Below, one piece after another: positions 39,894-50,161 of a stretch of DNA of 64,000 bases. The position numbers and the translations under genes are program-made. Origin of the DNA: Puniceicoccaceae bacterium. Lineage in GTDB: Bacteria; Verrucomicrobiota; Verrucomicrobiia; Opitutales; Oceanipulchritudinaceae. The notes below the pieces were generated by a model, which searched no databases, was not told where the DNA came from, and saw nothing but the letters and a program-made list of their open reading frames with translations. The stretch spans positions 114,434-178,433 of the forward strand of contig JBFOMH010000003.1 in assembly GCA_040830765.1 (NCBI GenBank). Reading direction: 5' to 3'. Position 1 is the stretch's first letter. The number at the start of each line of letters is the position of its first letter.

Positions 39894-41251
39894 TGGAGAA
39901 CCAACACCAGAAACTGCCTGTCAGGGAGAAAATCGCCTATGGTCTTGGCGATACCGCCGCCAACCTTGTCTGGCGCACCCTGATGGTCTTTCTCCCCATC
40001 TTTTACACGGACGTCTTCGGGCTCTCCGCAGCCGCTGTGGGCACCCTCCTGCTGGTCAGTCGCTACGGTGATGGCATCTCCGATTTCCTGGTAGGGATAC
40101 TGGCGGATCGCAGCAATTCCCGCTGGGGCAAGTTCCGTCCATGGATTCTCTTCACCGCCGTCCCCTTTGGTGTCCTGACAGTCATGACCTTCACGACCCC
40201 GGAACTTGGGCCGACCGGTAAGCTCATTTATGCCTATGTCACTTACAACGCCCTCCTGATTGTCTTTACGGCCAACAATGTCCCCTACTCCGCCCTCACG
40301 GGCGTCATTTCCAGCAGCCCGCAGGAACGGACCATCCTCACTTCCTACCGGTTCTTTTTCGCCTTTTTCGGAGCCATCCTCATTCAGGGATTCAATAACA
40401 AACTGGTCGCCTACTTCGGCCAAGGGGATGATGTGGCAGGCTACCGTGCCACCATGATGCTTTTCGCCGTCATTGCGGTCATCCTCTTTGTCATCACTTT
40501 CCTCGGAACCAAGGAACGGGTCGTCGCCCCGAAGCATGACAAGCTAGAATTGAAGGCGGACCTGAAGGATCTGATGAAGAACAAGCCCTGGATGATCCTC
40601 TTTTGCGTCGGGCTGTCCTTCGTCACGCTGACAACCCTCAAGCAGGGCATTACGATGTATTATTTCAGTTACTACATCGGCAATGTTTCCATGGCAGCCA
40701 TCTTCATGGTTGTCAGTACCTTTGCGGCGTTGATTGGAGCGGTCCTTGCCGGTCCCCTGTCTGTCCGGCTAGGCAAACAAAAGCTGATGCGCTACAGCTT
40801 CACGCTCGCTGCCATCTCCAGTGCCGCCCTGTATGTTGCCCGCCCAACCGACATCGGTCTCATCTTCGGGTTAAGCATGCTGACAGAGCTGGCCACCGGT
40901 CCCATTGTGGTCCTCTTCTTCGCCATGCTGGCGGACGCCGCTGACTTCTCCGAATGGAAGAACCATCGCCGTGCCACCGGGCTGGTCTACTCGGCCGGCA
41001 CTCTCTCGATAAAGTTCGGCACCGGTGTGGGCGGCGCACTGACCGGATGGACCCTGGCCATCGTCGGCTACACTGCCAATGTTGCCCAGACCGAGGAGTC
41101 ACTCATGGGCATCCGCCTATTGATCAGCGTTTTCCCAGCGGCAGCAGCCCTGCTCGGGCTCGTCGCCTTCCATTTCTATCCGATTGATGAAGGTCTCCTT
41201 AAGGAAATTAAGGATAAGCTCACGGAACGCCACCAAGCGAGTGTGTCCTGA
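39890..41251 (+). CDS. GPH (MelB-like) sugar:cation symporter
   Basis: EKIAYGLGD, ADRSNSRWGKFRPW, NVPYSAL, TKERV. Confidence 0.92.
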   Translation: MMENQHQKLPVREKIAYGLGDTAANLVWRTLMVFLPIFYTDVFGLSAAAVGTLLLVSRYGDGISDFLVGILADRSNSRWGKFRPWILFTAVPFGVLTVMTFTTPELGPTGKLIYAYVTYNALLIVFTANNVPYSALTGVISSSPQERTILTSYRFFFAFFGAILIQGFNNKLVAYFGQGDDVAGYRATMMLFAVIAVILFVITFLGTKERVVAPKHDKLELKADLKDLMKNKPWMILFCVGLSFVTLTTLKQGITMYYFSYYIGNVSMAAIFMVVSTFAALIGAVLAGPLSVRLGKQKLMRYSFTLAAISSAALYVARPTDIGLIFGLSMLTELATGPIVVLFFAMLADAADFSEWKNHRRATGLVYSAGTLSIKFGTGVGGALTGWTLAIVGYTANVAQTEESLMGIRLLISVFPAAAALLGLVAFHFYPIDEGLLKEIKDKLTERHQASVS

Positions 41252-41323
41252 TTCCACTCCGTCTGGAAAAGCCTTGCAGGCAGGCAGTTGGGTGATAATC
41301 AAGAGATTGATCCCATTGCTGAA

Positions 41324-41953
41324 ATGAACCCAAGCCTGAAATCAACATTCCTTAAGATCACGATCCACTACGCCATCCTGATCTTGCTGGCTTCCATCGT
41401 GTTCAACCTATTCCCTGGCTTTGTCGAATACTTGCCCGTGGGGACGGCGGAACGGCTCTTCTCCTATCCCGGGGAGCTCGAACTGGAGTCATCCGCCTTT
41501 AGCGGTCGCTTACCGGACGGATCCTCAGCGGACTACGCCCTGTTCTTTTCGATTTGCTTTCTTATGTCGTTGATCCTGGCCATCCCTCTCGGCACGACCT
41601 TCCTCGCCACCCGGAGACAAAGCAAGAAAAGCACCTCCCTTGCCAAGATGATTGTCATCCTGCCACTCGTCGTCACGGGGTTGGTCCTCATTGTGCAAAA
41701 CAGCCTTGCCCTTGCCTTCAGCCTGGCCGGCGTGGTGGCCGGATCGGGCATCCGGTTCCGCACCAACATGCAGGAGTTTACCGACACCCTATTTTTTCTG
41801 GTCAGCATCGGCATAGGGCTCTCGGCCGGCGTCGGGGCCCTTGGGGTGTCGTTCCAGATGTCCCTGTTTTTCTGCTATGCATTCCTCATCGCACATGCCA
41901 TCGGGTATGGAGAAGTCGATCCGGATCCGCAGCCGGAACCGGAGGATTCCTGA
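41324..41953 (+). CDS. DUF4956-family membrane protein
   Basis: IVQNSLALAFSLAGVVAG..IRFRT..D.LF...IGIGL..G.G signature; multiple TM helices. Confidence 0.75.
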   Translation: MNPSLKSTFLKITIHYAILILLASIVFNLFPGFVEYLPVGTAERLFSYPGELELESSAFSGRLPDGSSADYALFFSICFLMSLILAIPLGTTFLATRRQSKKSTSLAKMIVILPLVVTGLVLIVQNSLALAFSLAGVVAGSGIRFRTNMQEFTDTLFFLVSIGIGLSAGVGALGVSFQMSLFFCYAFLIAHAIGYGEVDPDPQPEPEDS

Positions 41954-41984
41954 CCAACAGGACCGGATTACAGCCACTGGTTTC

Positions 41985-43196
41985 ATGAACATTGTTTACC
42001 ATACCCGTTTGACGGCCCTGATCTTCATCCTTTTGGGCTTGTTGGCCTTGACGGAGGCCCGGGCCGCTCCCGAGCCGACCACTTCACGGGAACCTTTCAA
42101 CCGGCGGATTGTGGTCATTGGCGACATCCACGGAAACCATGACGGCCTGCTGGAATTGCTCCAGCTCGCCGGGGTGACCGACGAACGGGGCCGCTGGACC
42201 GGGGGCAAGACGCATTTCGTCCAACTGGGAGACATCCCGGATCGCGGCGACGACACCCTCGAGGCAATCAAGTTCCTGCGCAGACTGGAGCGCAATGCCC
42301 GCCGCAATGGCGGGCGGGTGCACATCCTCATTGGCAACCACGACGCCATGAACGTGTATGGGGATCTCCGCTACGTCACTGATGGGGAATTCCGGGCCTT
42401 CGCCGAAAAGCAGTCCAAAAAGCGCCTCGAGACCTTGTTCAAGGATGAGACAGCCTGGATCCGGGCGAACGTGCCGGAAGAAGAGTGGCCCGAATTTGAT
42501 GAAACATACAGGGAGAAGTGGTTTGCTGCCCGGCCACCCGGATTCCTTGAGCATCGATGGAACTGGCTCCCGGACGGGGAGATCGGCGAGTGGGTGCGTT
42601 CGCGTCCGATCGTCCTTAAACTGGGCAACACTCTCTTTGTCCACGGCGGCCTGAGCCCGCGTTATGCAGACTGGTCCGTCAAGGACCTGAACAAGGCCGC
42701 CAGCGAGGCGCTGTCCGACGTGACCAAGGTAAAAGGCACCCTTCTCCGCGATCCCGAAGGTCCGTTATGGTACCGGGGCCTGGCACAGCATCGGGAGGAA
42801 ACGGAATGGCCCCATGTCGAACGACTTTTGGAAAACTTCGATGTCGACCGGATTGTTATTGGGCATACGCCTACCGGCGGTGTCATCCTGCCCCGTTTTG
42901 GCGGTCGGGTGATCCTCGCCGACACCGGCCTCAGCACCTATTACGGCGAATACCTGGCCTGCCTCGTGATCGAGGGCAACCAACTCTATGCCTTGCACCG
43001 GGATGGACAGGTGCCGATTCCTGCAAGCGCGGGAACAAAGGAGTTGAAAACCTACCTGCAGGCGGTCCTCGACCTGGAAGACGAGAATCCACACATCAAG
43101 AGGCGGTTGCGGTTATTGGACATCCAAGAAGATCCTGGGGAGGATACCCATATCCCCGATACTGCCATCGAGCCCGTCGAAACGGAAAGCCCCTAG
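41985..43196 (+). CDS. Exported PPP-type metallophosphoesterase (Shewanella-like phosphatase)
   Basis: GDIHG, GDIPDRG, GNHD, HGG, GPLWYRG, GHT, LADTG; signal peptide from ATG 41985. Confidence 0.88.
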   Translation: MNIVYHTRLTALIFILLGLLALTEARAAPEPTTSREPFNRRIVVIGDIHGNHDGLLELLQLAGVTDERGRWTGGKTHFVQLGDIPDRGDDTLEAIKFLRRLERNARRNGGRVHILIGNHDAMNVYGDLRYVTDGEFRAFAEKQSKKRLETLFKDETAWIRANVPEEEWPEFDETYREKWFAARPPGFLEHRWNWLPDGEIGEWVRSRPIVLKLGNTLFVHGGLSPRYADWSVKDLNKAASEALSDVTKVKGTLLRDPEGPLWYRGLAQHREETEWPHVERLLENFDVDRIVIGHTPTGGVILPRFGGRVILADTGLSTYYGEYLACLVIEGNQLYALHRDGQVPIPASAGTKELKTYLQAVLDLEDENPHIKRRLRLLDIQEDPGEDTHIPDTAIEPVETESP

Positions 43197-44281
43197 TCTC
43201 CCGCTTCCTCCATCAGCGTGAGGATTTTTTCGGTCATATTCTCCCGGTTTCGCATGCGCTTGTGGATGCGTTTTTCGCGCAAGTCGGGGTCCTCTATGAT
43301 GGCGTAAAACTCCTCAATGTAGGCAATGGCATTCGTCTTATCCTTACCCTCAAGGTACGGGGTGTTTTCCCATAACTCCATGATGGCCTCCTTTTTGGCC
43401 ATGAAGCTCTCCAGCACCTTATCAAAAATATCCGGATCTGTCGTCAGGCCGCGGTAGAAGCGGTCCCGCACCGACTTGGTTTTTAAGGTCGGGTTGACCC
43501 TCGCATAGGGCACGTCGACCAGGCCGGTTACGTCAAAGTCATAAGGGACCGGCAAGTATCCTTCTGGCGTTTCGTAGGCCTTGGCATTGTGGCAACAACT
43601 CCCGTCGCTGGCCAGAAAACTGAAGTCGGTGTTGCCGATCATGAACTGGAACATCTCGGCCAGACTAAGCAGGTAGGGATCATAGAGATCGGGAAGGATG
43701 TAGCGTTCCTTGACCTGCTTGGCCTTGTGGCGCTTGGCGAAGATACCCACAGGCTCAATAAAGAAGGCCACCTCCGTCCGGGGGCTGATTCGACCTCGCT
43801 CGTCGACGTATTCAACCTCCGCCAGCCTGACCCGGAAGCTCTTGTCCGTTAGGAGATTGTAGGTCTTATAGGCCAGGTACTCCCGGTAGATAAACGGTGC
43901 GAAGGACCGGCGTCCCTCCCGGCAATGGGCGACAACCTTTACCTTATTGAGGCCGTCAAAGACCGTGCCCCGGACCTGCTTTTTCCGGAAATTCATCCAG
44001 TAGGATGGAAAGCCGCAGCTGCTGCGCTTTCTACGGAAGTTTCCCCGTGCATGGATCTTCGCATCCAGGGTTATTTCAGCTCCATTGCCGTCAGTGGTCA
44101 TGACCAGGGCTTCCAACCAATCCGGGTTTTCGCCGCGCTGCCGCTTCAGTTGGGCCAAGGGAGCGGTCAACTGGAATTGTACTGGCTCATCCTCATCGAA
44201 GAAGGCCACGGCGACTCCATCAACCGGGAAGCCGACGAGGAGGACGAAAAGGGCCAGGATGAGGATATTCGTTAATTTCAT
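43193..44281 (-). CDS. Exported CotH-like atypical kinase-fold protein
   Basis: Signal peptide; ARGNFRR, EYLAYKTY, FFIE, IGNTDFS..CHN, PYDFD resemble CotH RG/E/N.D..N/PWD motifs. Confidence 0.6.
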   Translation of the reverse strand: MKLTNILILALFVLLVGFPVDGVAVAFFDEDEPVQFQLTAPLAQLKRQRGENPDWLEALVMTTDGNGAEITLDAKIHARGNFRRKRSSCGFPSYWMNFRKKQVRGTVFDGLNKVKVVAHCREGRRSFAPFIYREYLAYKTYNLLTDKSFRVRLAEVEYVDERGRISPRTEVAFFIEPVGIFAKRHKAKQVKERYILPDLYDPYLLSLAEMFQFMIGNTDFSFLASDGSCCHNAKAYETPEGYLPVPYDFDVTGLVDVPYARVNPTLKTKSVRDRFYRGLTTDPDIFDKVLESFMAKKEAIMELWENTPYLEGKDKTNAIAYIEEFYAIIEDPDLREKRIHKRMRNRENMTEKILTLMEEAGD

Positions 44282-44483
44282 GCGAACTGATTCTAGGAAA
44301 TTTCGGTCAACCGTAGCGGGAATCCACTGCTTTGGCAATGCCCGGATGCTCTACAGTAAATAGGATGCATGCTTTGATCCGGTATCGAACTTAGTCAGCC
44401 TAAGGAATCAATTCCTGCCCTTTCGGGATGTTATTAGTCTAATCCAACCCCTTGCCTGATTCTCCATAATGAAATGCCGATAC

Positions 44484-45638
44484 ATGAAAAGTGCCGCCCT
44501 GTTCACGATGATTCCACTCGTCCTGCCCGCCGCCGATGTCGTTATCGAAAAACACATCAGCATCTATGAAAAGCGCGATGCCTACTGTGCCTGGCCGGCC
44601 ATTGCCCGCGCGGCCAACGGGGATATCGTCGTCCTCTACACCCGCACCGAGGAGCACCTCGGCCCCAACGGGGAAATTCTCCTTTCCCGCTCCACCGACA
44701 ACGGGGAAACCTGGTTACCGCCAGCCATCATTTACGACACTCCTCTCGACGATCGCGAATCGGGAATCACCGTTCTCCGGGACGGACGCTTCCTGACACA
44801 CTACCGGTCTGTCCTCTGGACACCGGATGCCTATCTCGGCCTTCCCGACAATGCCTACGAGACCGATCTCCTGGGGCGCTGGATCTATTACGTGCAGGGT
44901 GAAGCCTACACCTCCGCTGCCCACCATAACGGCACCTGGCATGCGATCTCCGAGGACAACGGGATCAGCTGGTCCGCTACCGTGCCCGGAAAAGACTCCA
45001 TCCACGGTGGACTCGAACTGCAGGACGGCTCCTTTCTTGTTGCCGCCTATCGTGACGACGGTGGCCATATCGGTGTTTATGCATCCGGGGAACCGCTCGG
45101 AAAGTATGAAAAAGTCGCTACCGTGACCTGCCCGCAGAGGGATATCATCCGCTTCGGGGAACCACATATCCTGCAACTGGAAAGCGGCCGCATCATCATG
45201 ATGATCCGGGCCACCGCCATTCCCTACGATGACAAGGCTGATCGCTGTTTCCTCTGGGGAACCTACTCAGACGACAACGGACGCACCTGGGCCGAACCTT
45301 ACCAGACGCCCCTGTGGGGATTTCCACCACACCTGTTGCAGCTATCCGACGGTCGTATCCTCTGCTCCTATGGACACCGCAGGCCACCCTTCGGACAGCG
45401 GGCCGCCATCAGCGAGGACGGGATTACCTGGAAGAAGGAAGACGAAATCATCCTCCGCGATGATGCCCCCAACAAAGACCTCGGATATACCGTTTCGATC
45501 GAACTTGAGCCCGGCCGTATCCTCACCGTCTACTACCAGCCGAACGTCGAGCCAGGGACCCGTCCCCGCATGGTTCCGCCGGACCCCCTCCGTATCAAGC
45601 CCGGCATCCTTGGCACCATCTGGCAACTGCCGGACTGA
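44484..45638 (+). CDS. Exported Asp-box (BNR) beta-propeller, sialidase-like fold
   Basis: STDNGETW, SEDNGISW, SDDNGRTW, SEDGITW; DLGY near C-terminus; AWP instead of RIP. Confidence 0.75.
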   Translation: MKSAALFTMIPLVLPAADVVIEKHISIYEKRDAYCAWPAIARAANGDIVVLYTRTEEHLGPNGEILLSRSTDNGETWLPPAIIYDTPLDDRESGITVLRDGRFLTHYRSVLWTPDAYLGLPDNAYETDLLGRWIYYVQGEAYTSAAHHNGTWHAISEDNGISWSATVPGKDSIHGGLELQDGSFLVAAYRDDGGHIGVYASGEPLGKYEKVATVTCPQRDIIRFGEPHILQLESGRIIMMIRATAIPYDDKADRCFLWGTYSDDNGRTWAEPYQTPLWGFPPHLLQLSDGRILCSYGHRRPPFGQRAAISEDGITWKKEDEIILRDDAPNKDLGYTVSIELEPGRILTVYYQPNVEPGTRPRMVPPDPLRIKPGILGTIWQLPD

Positions 45639-45824
45639 AGAAGCTTTCCCATCCCGGCCTACAGGCCACCATTTCTTGGGTATTCGGGGTTAATTATATG
45701 AAATAGCTAAATGCGCTCAGGAATTGACAGTTGCACCTTATTCCATCTTGCTTGGGGCACGTTGCCACGATAGATTCACACTCCCCCAGTGGCCGCATCC
45801 CAAACCAAGTAAAAGGACACCAAA

Positions 45825-47798
45825 ATGCAAATGACTACTCCTGTTAAATCAGGGTCGTTCTGGACCCTGTTGCTCGCATTCCTGTCTGCCGCCCCAGTGG
45901 CGCTGGGCCTCGATTTCTCCAACGGAGACTTGAGCGGGAATCTGGACGTAACCATCTCCGTCGGAGGTTCCTACCGGCTTGATGATCCTTCCCTGGACCT
46001 CATCGGTCTGGCCAACGGCGGCACCGCCTACTCGGTCAATTCCGATGACGGCAACCTCAACTACAAGAAAGGCTGGTATTCCGCCCCTGTTCTCCTCAGC
46101 GCGGATCTGGAATTCCGCTACAAGAACAGCGGTGCCTTTTTCCGGGCCAACGCCTTCTACGATTACATCAATGAGGAAAAAGACCGTGAGCGCACGCCGT
46201 TGACACCGGACGCCCTTGATCGTGTCGGCAGTCGCTTCGACATGCTCGATGCCTACTTCTGGACCAACCTCGAAATGGGAAGCATGCCGTTGAACTTCCG
46301 TATCGGCCGCCAGGTCCTCAACTGGGGGGAAAGCACTTTTATTCAAAATGGCATCAATGCCATCAATCCTGTTGATGTATCGAAGCTGCGGCTACCGGGC
46401 TCGGAACTGCGCGACGCCCTTCTTCCCGTCTGGATGGTCAGTGGTTCCCTCGCGGTGACTGAAAACGTCACCCTCGAGGCCTTTTACCAGTTGAAGTGGA
46501 AGGAAATCATCATTGACCCACCCGGCACCTACTTCAGCACCAACGACTTTGTTGGCCGGGGTGGTGAGCGTGTCTATCTCGGTTTCGGTGCCTTGAGCGA
46601 CCTCACTCCGCTCGGGGCTATCCCCCGCGGGCCGAACAGCAAGCCCTCCGATTCCGGCCAGTTCGGCATTGCCGCACGCATCTACGCCCCGGAACTCGGT
46701 GGCACGGAATTCGGTATCTTTTTCCTCAATACACATAGCCGCCTGCCGGTCCTCAGTGCGATGACCCCAACGGTCCCGATCAATACCGACCTGACCGGTC
46801 CCTTGACAGCCGTTTTTGTTCAGGCGGGTCTGCCGGCGCAACAGGCAGCCGCCCAGGCTACCCAACTCTGGGGATTGTTGACCATTGCCCAGAAATTTCA
46901 GATCAATCCGGCCCTCCTTACGCCAACGGAACTGGCCATCCTTCAGGACCCGGTGACTCAAGCCACCCTGGCCTCGCCCCAGACCACGGCAGCTGTTGAT
47001 GGTGCCAGCAGAATTGCCCTGCTCCAGTCAGCCGCCACCGGACGCTACCTCGTCGAGTATCCGGAGGACATCCAGCTGGTCGGCTTCAGCTTCAACACCG
47101 ATGTCGGGACGACAGGTATTTCCCTGCAGGGTGAAATCTCCTACAAATGGGACCAGCCACTGCAGATTGACGACGTGGAGCTGCTTTTCGCAGCCCTTTC
47201 GGCAGTCAATCCCGGATTCGGACAAGTCAACCAGATCGGCGACTTCCTGGGTCAGCTTGGTACCTATGTGAAGGGCTGGCAGGAAGAGGAAGTCTGGCAG
47301 GCCCAGGCAACCGCCACCAAGGTTTTCGGTCCCATGATGGGAGCTGACCAGGCAGTCTTCCTGATTGAGGGCGGTATGACCTATGTCCCCGGATTGCCAT
47401 CCAAGGGCGACCTGCGGTTTGATGCTCCAGGCACATTTGTCGGCGGCAACCCGGTTGCTGAAGACGCCGGACTGCAACCGGCCACGGAGCCTGCGAGTGC
47501 CTTTGCTGACAGCACGTCCTGGGGCTATCGTGCGGTAGCCAAACTGGACTACCTCAATGCCTTCATGAGCACCAACCTTTCGCCCATTATCCAGTTCGCC
47601 CACGACGTGAGTGGCACTACCCCGTCGCCAATCGTCAACTTCGTGGAAGGGCGGAAGTCGCTCACCCTGGCATTGCAAGCCACTTACCAGAACAGCTGGG
47701 CGGCCAACATCAGCTACACGAATTATTTCGGGGCTGGCCGCTACAACCTCATTCACGACCGCGACTTTGTCTCGGTGACGGTTAAGTACTCCTTCTAA
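45825..47798 (+). CDS. DUF1302-family outer-membrane protein
   Basis: NSDDGNLNY, GRQVLNWGES.F, INP.DV..LR.PG.EL, terminal DRDFVSVTVKYSF. Confidence 0.88.
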   Translation: MQMTTPVKSGSFWTLLLAFLSAAPVALGLDFSNGDLSGNLDVTISVGGSYRLDDPSLDLIGLANGGTAYSVNSDDGNLNYKKGWYSAPVLLSADLEFRYKNSGAFFRANAFYDYINEEKDRERTPLTPDALDRVGSRFDMLDAYFWTNLEMGSMPLNFRIGRQVLNWGESTFIQNGINAINPVDVSKLRLPGSELRDALLPVWMVSGSLAVTENVTLEAFYQLKWKEIIIDPPGTYFSTNDFVGRGGERVYLGFGALSDLTPLGAIPRGPNSKPSDSGQFGIAARIYAPELGGTEFGIFFLNTHSRLPVLSAMTPTVPINTDLTGPLTAVFVQAGLPAQQAAAQATQLWGLLTIAQKFQINPALLTPTELAILQDPVTQATLASPQTTAAVDGASRIALLQSAATGRYLVEYPEDIQLVGFSFNTDVGTTGISLQGEISYKWDQPLQIDDVELLFAALSAVNPGFGQVNQIGDFLGQLGTYVKGWQEEEVWQAQATATKVFGPMMGADQAVFLIEGGMTYVPGLPSKGDLRFDAPGTFVGGNPVAEDAGLQPATEPASAFADSTSWGYRAVAKLDYLNAFMSTNLSPIIQFAHDVSGTTPSPIVNFVEGRKSLTLALQATYQNSWAANISYTNYFGAGRYNLIHDRDFVSVTVKYSF

Positions 47799-47824
47799 TC
47801 CTCGTTCGAAAAGGAATTTTAAAG

Positions 47825-49186
47825 ATGAAAAGCAAAACTACTTCCATTCTCCTTACCCTGACGCTCCTCGGGTTCACTGGCAGTCAAGTGATGGCTGCGG
47901 TAACTTCCGAGGAAGCTGAGCAACTGGGCGATACCTTGACGCCCATGGGGGCTGAAAAAGCTGGCAGCGAAGACGGCGTCATTCCGGCATGGGACGGTGG
48001 CATCACCGCCCCGCCAAGCGGTTACTCCGTTGGCATGCACCACCCGGACCCGTTCGCTGAAGACCAACCGGTTGCTGTTATCACCGCTCAGAACATGGGC
48101 GAATACGCCGCCTACCTCACTGACGGGCACAAGGCTCTTCTGCAGACCTATCCGGATACCTACAAAATGAAGGTCTATCCGACCCGCCGCAGTGCTTCCT
48201 ATCCGCAGGACGTCTACGACGCCACCAAGAGCAATGCCATCAACGCTCACCTGACGGGTGAGGGTGCCGGGGTTGCCGGGGCCCGCATCGGCGCCCCCTT
48301 CCCGATCCCGCAACGGGCCGAGGAAGTGATGTGGAACCACCTTATGCGTTACCGTGGCGTCGGGGCCAGCCGGACGATTACCCAGGCCGCCCCCAACCGC
48401 CGTGGCAATTACACCCTGGTGGAATTCTCGGACAAGTTCCTCTTCAACTATGGGGACGCAGCCTCCAATGCAGAAGAAGAGAACATCCTTCTCTACCTCC
48501 TGCAGACGGTCGTTGCCCCTGCCCGCCTCGCCGGCTCGATCCTGCTCGTCCATGAGACCCTCGACCAGATCAAGGAACCCCGCCGGGCATGGACCTACAA
48601 CACTGGACAACGCCGCGTCCGCCGCGCTCCCAACGTGGCCTACGATAATCCGGGCACAGCCTCGGACGGCATGCGGACCAGCGACCAGTTCGACATGTTC
48701 AACGGCGCCCTCGACCGCTATGACTGGAAGCTGCTCGGCAAGCGTGAAGTGCTGGTCCCTTACAACAGTTACAAGCTGCACAGCGACAGCATCAAGGTCA
48801 GTGATATCCTGCAGCCGCTGCACATCAACCAGGAATTGCCGCGCTATGAACGCCACCGCGTCTGGGTCGTCGAAGCCACCCTTAAGGACGGTACCCGGCA
48901 CATTTATGCCCGCCGCACCTTCTACCTCGATGAAGACTCCTGGCAAATCCTGGTTGTTGAACAGTACGACGGCCGCGGTGAACTGTGGCGCGTCTCCGAA
49001 GGCTTTGCCGTGAATTACTACGAAGTCCCCTGCCTGTGGACGACAATGGAAGTCCATACCGATCTTCAGGCCGGCCGCTATCTGGCCATCGGCATGGATA
49101 ATGAGCTCGAGCCTTATGATTTCAGCACCCAGCTCTCTCCGGCCGACTTCACACCGGCCAACCTGCGACGCCAAGGCGTGCGGTAA
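47825..49186 (+). CDS. DUF1329-family periplasmic protein (LolA-like)
   Basis: LTPMGAEKAG, PFPIP, AWTYNTGQRRVRRAP, WVVEATLK, YLDEDSW, FTPANLRR. Confidence 0.9.
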   Translation: MKSKTTSILLTLTLLGFTGSQVMAAVTSEEAEQLGDTLTPMGAEKAGSEDGVIPAWDGGITAPPSGYSVGMHHPDPFAEDQPVAVITAQNMGEYAAYLTDGHKALLQTYPDTYKMKVYPTRRSASYPQDVYDATKSNAINAHLTGEGAGVAGARIGAPFPIPQRAEEVMWNHLMRYRGVGASRTITQAAPNRRGNYTLVEFSDKFLFNYGDAASNAEEENILLYLLQTVVAPARLAGSILLVHETLDQIKEPRRAWTYNTGQRRVRRAPNVAYDNPGTASDGMRTSDQFDMFNGALDRYDWKLLGKREVLVPYNSYKLHSDSIKVSDILQPLHINQELPRYERHRVWVVEATLKDGTRHIYARRTFYLDEDSWQILVVEQYDGRGELWRVSEGFAVNYYEVPCLWTTMEVHTDLQAGRYLAIGMDNELEPYDFSTQLSPADFTPANLRRQGVR

Positions 49187-49195
49187 ATCACTTGC

Positions 49196-50161
49196 ATGAA
49201 TCTCCAGGTAAACAGCCTGATAATACGGATGGCCGCACTACTCTGTGCGGCCTCCGTATCAGCACAGACGGAACGGCCCGCGGAACTGATGCCGCTGGCT
49301 CCACAATCCCTCTTGCTGGACGTCACCATGGCCGGAGACCGCGCCGTGGCCGTCGGGGAACGTGGCCATGTCCTCCTTTCGGACGATTATGGCCGCAGTT
49401 GGCGTCAGGTTGCTACATCCACCCGTTCCACCCTCACGGGTGTGCACTTTGCCGACTCCCAGAACGGATGGGTCGTCGGGCATGAGAACATCGTCCTCAG
49501 GACAACCGACGGCGGGGAAACCTGGAAGCGGCAATTTCCCCAGGGGCCCATTGAAGAACGCTACCTTGATGTGCGATTCCTCGATGCCCAGCGCGGCCTG
49601 GCCGTCGGGGCCTACGGATTTGCCCGCGCTACCTCCGATGGCGGCAAGACCTGGGAAGAGAGGGAAATCTCCTGGGAGGAAATGCACCTCAACCGCATCA
49701 GCCAAGGCTTGGATGGTCGACTGTTTATCGCCGTGGAGGGAGGAGCCTTGATGACCTCCGCCGATGAAGGCCAAACCTGGGAGGACCTTCCCTCACCCTA
49801 TGAGGGGTCCCTGTTTGGAGTTCTACCCCTTGGGCCCCGTACCCTTCTGACCTACGGACTGCGCGGGCACATCTTTCGCAGCATCGACAGCGGCCAGACA
49901 TGGACTGAGGCCGAATCGGAAGGCCGCAACCTGATCATGCATGGCATCCGCCACTCAAGTGGGCGGATCATCCTCGCCGGGCAAAACGGCCAATTTGTCA
50001 TCAGTGATGATGGTGGAAAAAGTTTCCGTATCTGGACCGTGGACGTCCAGGGCGCTTCTGCCCTGGTAGAATGTCCGGACGGGGCAGTCCTCGCCGTGGG
50101 ACTTAATGGCGTCCATCGCCTCACTTTGCCCAAGGCGCGCAACCCGGAGGTCGGGGAATGA
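49196..50161 (+). CDS. YCF48-like BNR-repeat protein
   Basis: AVGERGHVLLSDDYGRSW, TTDGGETW, TSDGGKTW, GLRGHIFRS.D.G.TW. Confidence 0.88.
   Translation: MNLQVNSLIIRMAALLCAASVSAQTERPAELMPLAPQSLLLDVTMAGDRAVAVGERGHVLLSDDYGRSWRQVATSTRSTLTGVHFADSQNGWVVGHENIVLRTTDGGETWKRQFPQGPIEERYLDVRFLDAQRGLAVGAYGFARATSDGGKTWEEREISWEEMHLNRISQGLDGRLFIAVEGGALMTSADEGQTWEDLPSPYEGSLFGVLPLGPRTLLTYGLRGHIFRSIDSGQTWTEAESEGRNLIMHGIRHSSGRIILAGQNGQFVISDDGGKSFRIWTVDVQGASALVECPDGAVLAVGLNGVHRLTLPKARNPEVGE

Noticed and set aside
45724..45755. TTGACA upstream of DUF1302
   Set aside because: No convincing -10 at canonical spacing
47819..49174. 451-aa minus-strand ORF
   Set aside because: Antisense shadow of the DUF1329 gene
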